A DNA stretch of 64,000 nucleotides, taken from positions 1,128-65,127 of the forward strand of contig JADGCQ010000010.1 in assembly GCA_015228925.1 (NCBI GenBank). Reading direction: 5' to 3'. The stretch is from Magnetococcales bacterium. Its GTDB lineage: Bacteria; Pseudomonadota; Magnetococcia; Magnetococcales; UBA8363. A model generated the notes under the pieces. That model saw only the letters and a list, made by a program, of their open reading frames with translations. It made no database searches and was not told the DNA's origin. Shown here piece by piece: positions 62,915-64,000 of this stretch; the stretch's first letter is position 1; each line of letters starts with the position of its first letter. Both the position numbers and the translations under genes were made by a program.

Positions 62915-63982
62915 TTACACAGCCCCACGGGCCTGCACCAAAGATTCTAAAGAGGTTCCCGCAAGCATGGCAATGTCAAACAGGCTGTGTCGGGCAAAAA
63001 GATCATAGGCCGCAGTCTCGTCGGAAAAAATGTGCGTCTTGACCATGGGGTTGCCGGAAGCGAATACCATGGTGTCTCCCTGCCATCCAACATGCGCCGT
63101 CGCTCGGTAAACATAGGTGACATTGCCGGTCAATTGCGCCGTGATCGACGTATGGCTAACCTGCGGATGAACCCAGGCCAAACCGCCAGCCGTATGAACC
63201 TCAATATCATGGTCGTTGGTCACATGGCCATTCAATACCTGAGCAATCGCCGAGGCGGTCATCCCCGTACCACATGAAAGCGTCAGTCCAACCCCGCGCT
63301 CATGGGTCTGCACCAAAATTTTGTTGGAATCCAATACCTCAACAAAACTGATGTTGGCACGGTTGGCAAACATCGGGTGATGCTCCAACGCCGGACCAAG
63401 ACGGTTCCAATCAACATCCCGCAACCTTTTGACCGTGATGATCATGTGCGGGTTGCCGATGGACAAAATAGTCCCCACCAGCATTTCCCCGGCGACCTCA
63501 AAGGACTGCGAAATAAAGGGGGTCGTGGAACCATTCGCCAAAACGCGGCCCGGGTTGGTTTCCACACGCCCCATATGGATGCGAACAAACGGTAACCGAT
63601 ATGGCTCGGAAATAAAATTATGCGTCTCATACTGTCCCCCCTTGGTCTCGAAAATCAGGGGGGATCGCCCAGCATAATACCCGTCGTAGGCTACACGCGA
63701 TGCGCAACGCAACCCGTTGCCGCTCATTTCCGCTTCGCTGCCGTCGGGATTGAAAAATTGCATCCGTGGATGGGATGCGTCATGGATGGAAACAAAAATA
63801 ACCCCATCCGAACCAATGCCCCCACCCCGAAGACCCGCCAAACGGGCAAAGGCCGGTTTGACAGACTCCGGTACCTGCTGCGAACCGGTCTCATCAACCA
63901 CGATAAAATCGTTGCCAGCTCCATGACATTTGATAAAATCCACCCCAAAAGGCTCCAACATGGTACCTCCCAATAAGTTCAA
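62915..63982 (-). CDS. dapF: diaminopimelate epimerase-like protein (DapF family, atypical)
   Basis: 355 aa. KCHGAGNDFIVVDE, FFNPDGSEAEMSGNGLRC (Ser where DapF has catalytic Cys73), SIGNPHMII, HERGVGLTLSCGTGMTASA (second catalytic Cys present). ~70-aa C-terminal extension relative to E. coli DapF. Confidence 0.7.
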   Translation of the reverse strand: MNLLGGTMLEPFGVDFIKCHGAGNDFIVVDETGSQQVPESVKPAFARLAGLRGGGIGSDGVIFVSIHDASHPRMQFFNPDGSEAEMSGNGLRCASRVAYDGYYAGRSPLIFETKGGQYETHNFISEPYRLPFVRIHMGRVETNPGRVLANGSTTPFISQSFEVAGEMLVGTILSIGNPHMIITVKRLRDVDWNRLGPALEHHPMFANRANISFVEVLDSNKILVQTHERGVGLTLSCGTGMTASAIAQVLNGHVTNDHDIEVHTAGGLAWVHPQVSHTSITAQLTGNVTYVYRATAHVGWQGDTMVFASGNPMVKTHIFSDETAAYDLFARHSLFDIAMLAGTSLESLVQARGAV

Positions 63983-64000
63983 AACAACCCACCTACCGAA

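Noticed and set aside
1-64000. CRISPR arrays, rRNA genes, transposases/integrases, prophage structural genes.
   Set aside because: No regularly spaced direct repeats, rRNA-like sequence, or DDE/tyrosine-recombinase-like ORFs were seen in the six-frame track.

Overview
64-kb chromosomal window from a Gram-negative bacterium (Pseudomonadota). A DUF2312/GapR-like gene hints at an alphaproteobacteria-related lineage, but that is inference only. Most of the window is housekeeping and signalling: fabH-plsX-rpmF-yceD, hflKC-DUF2065, rsmE and a trmJ-like methyltransferase, zapE, selO, htpG (with a sigma-32-type promoter), hpf, an oadA/pycB-like carboxyltransferase, hisG-gph-hpt-metW-metX, tRNA-Lys(UUU) and a dapF-like gene. 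It also holds two sigma-54 activators and several GGDEF, response-regulator and histidine-kinase genes. Three accessory regions stand out. (1) 48.6-62.6 kb holds a complete diversity-generating retroelement (HTH ORF - avd - template repeat - reverse transcriptase). It is flanked by two convergent target genes whose last ~110 nt (VR1, VR2) differ from the template only at template adenines. Both targets look cytoplasmic: NACHT/STAND NTPases with an N-terminal effector domain (metallophosphoesterase in one, TIR in the other) and a C-terminal FGE-sulfatase/C-type-lectin-fold sensor. This would be an NLR-like receptor pair whose ligand-binding face is hypermutated. A 1442-aa SNF2 ATPase sits directly upstream and tRNA-Lys directly beyond. 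(2) 6.9-14.5 kb is an apparent operon: FGE-fold membrane protein, 911-aa vWA-like protein, MacB-type ABC ATPase plus FtsX-like permease, and a GGDEF protein. (3) 28.1-33.1 kb holds a lysine-2,3-aminomutase-like radical SAM enzyme, two ATP-grasp ligases and a GNAT, interrupted by a rhuM-family gene. There is also a 205-bp MITE-like palindromic element at 41.1-41.3 kb. No rRNA genes or CRISPR arrays were seen. All calls come from reading motifs and hand alignment; no database search or folding program was available, and start codons are often uncertain.
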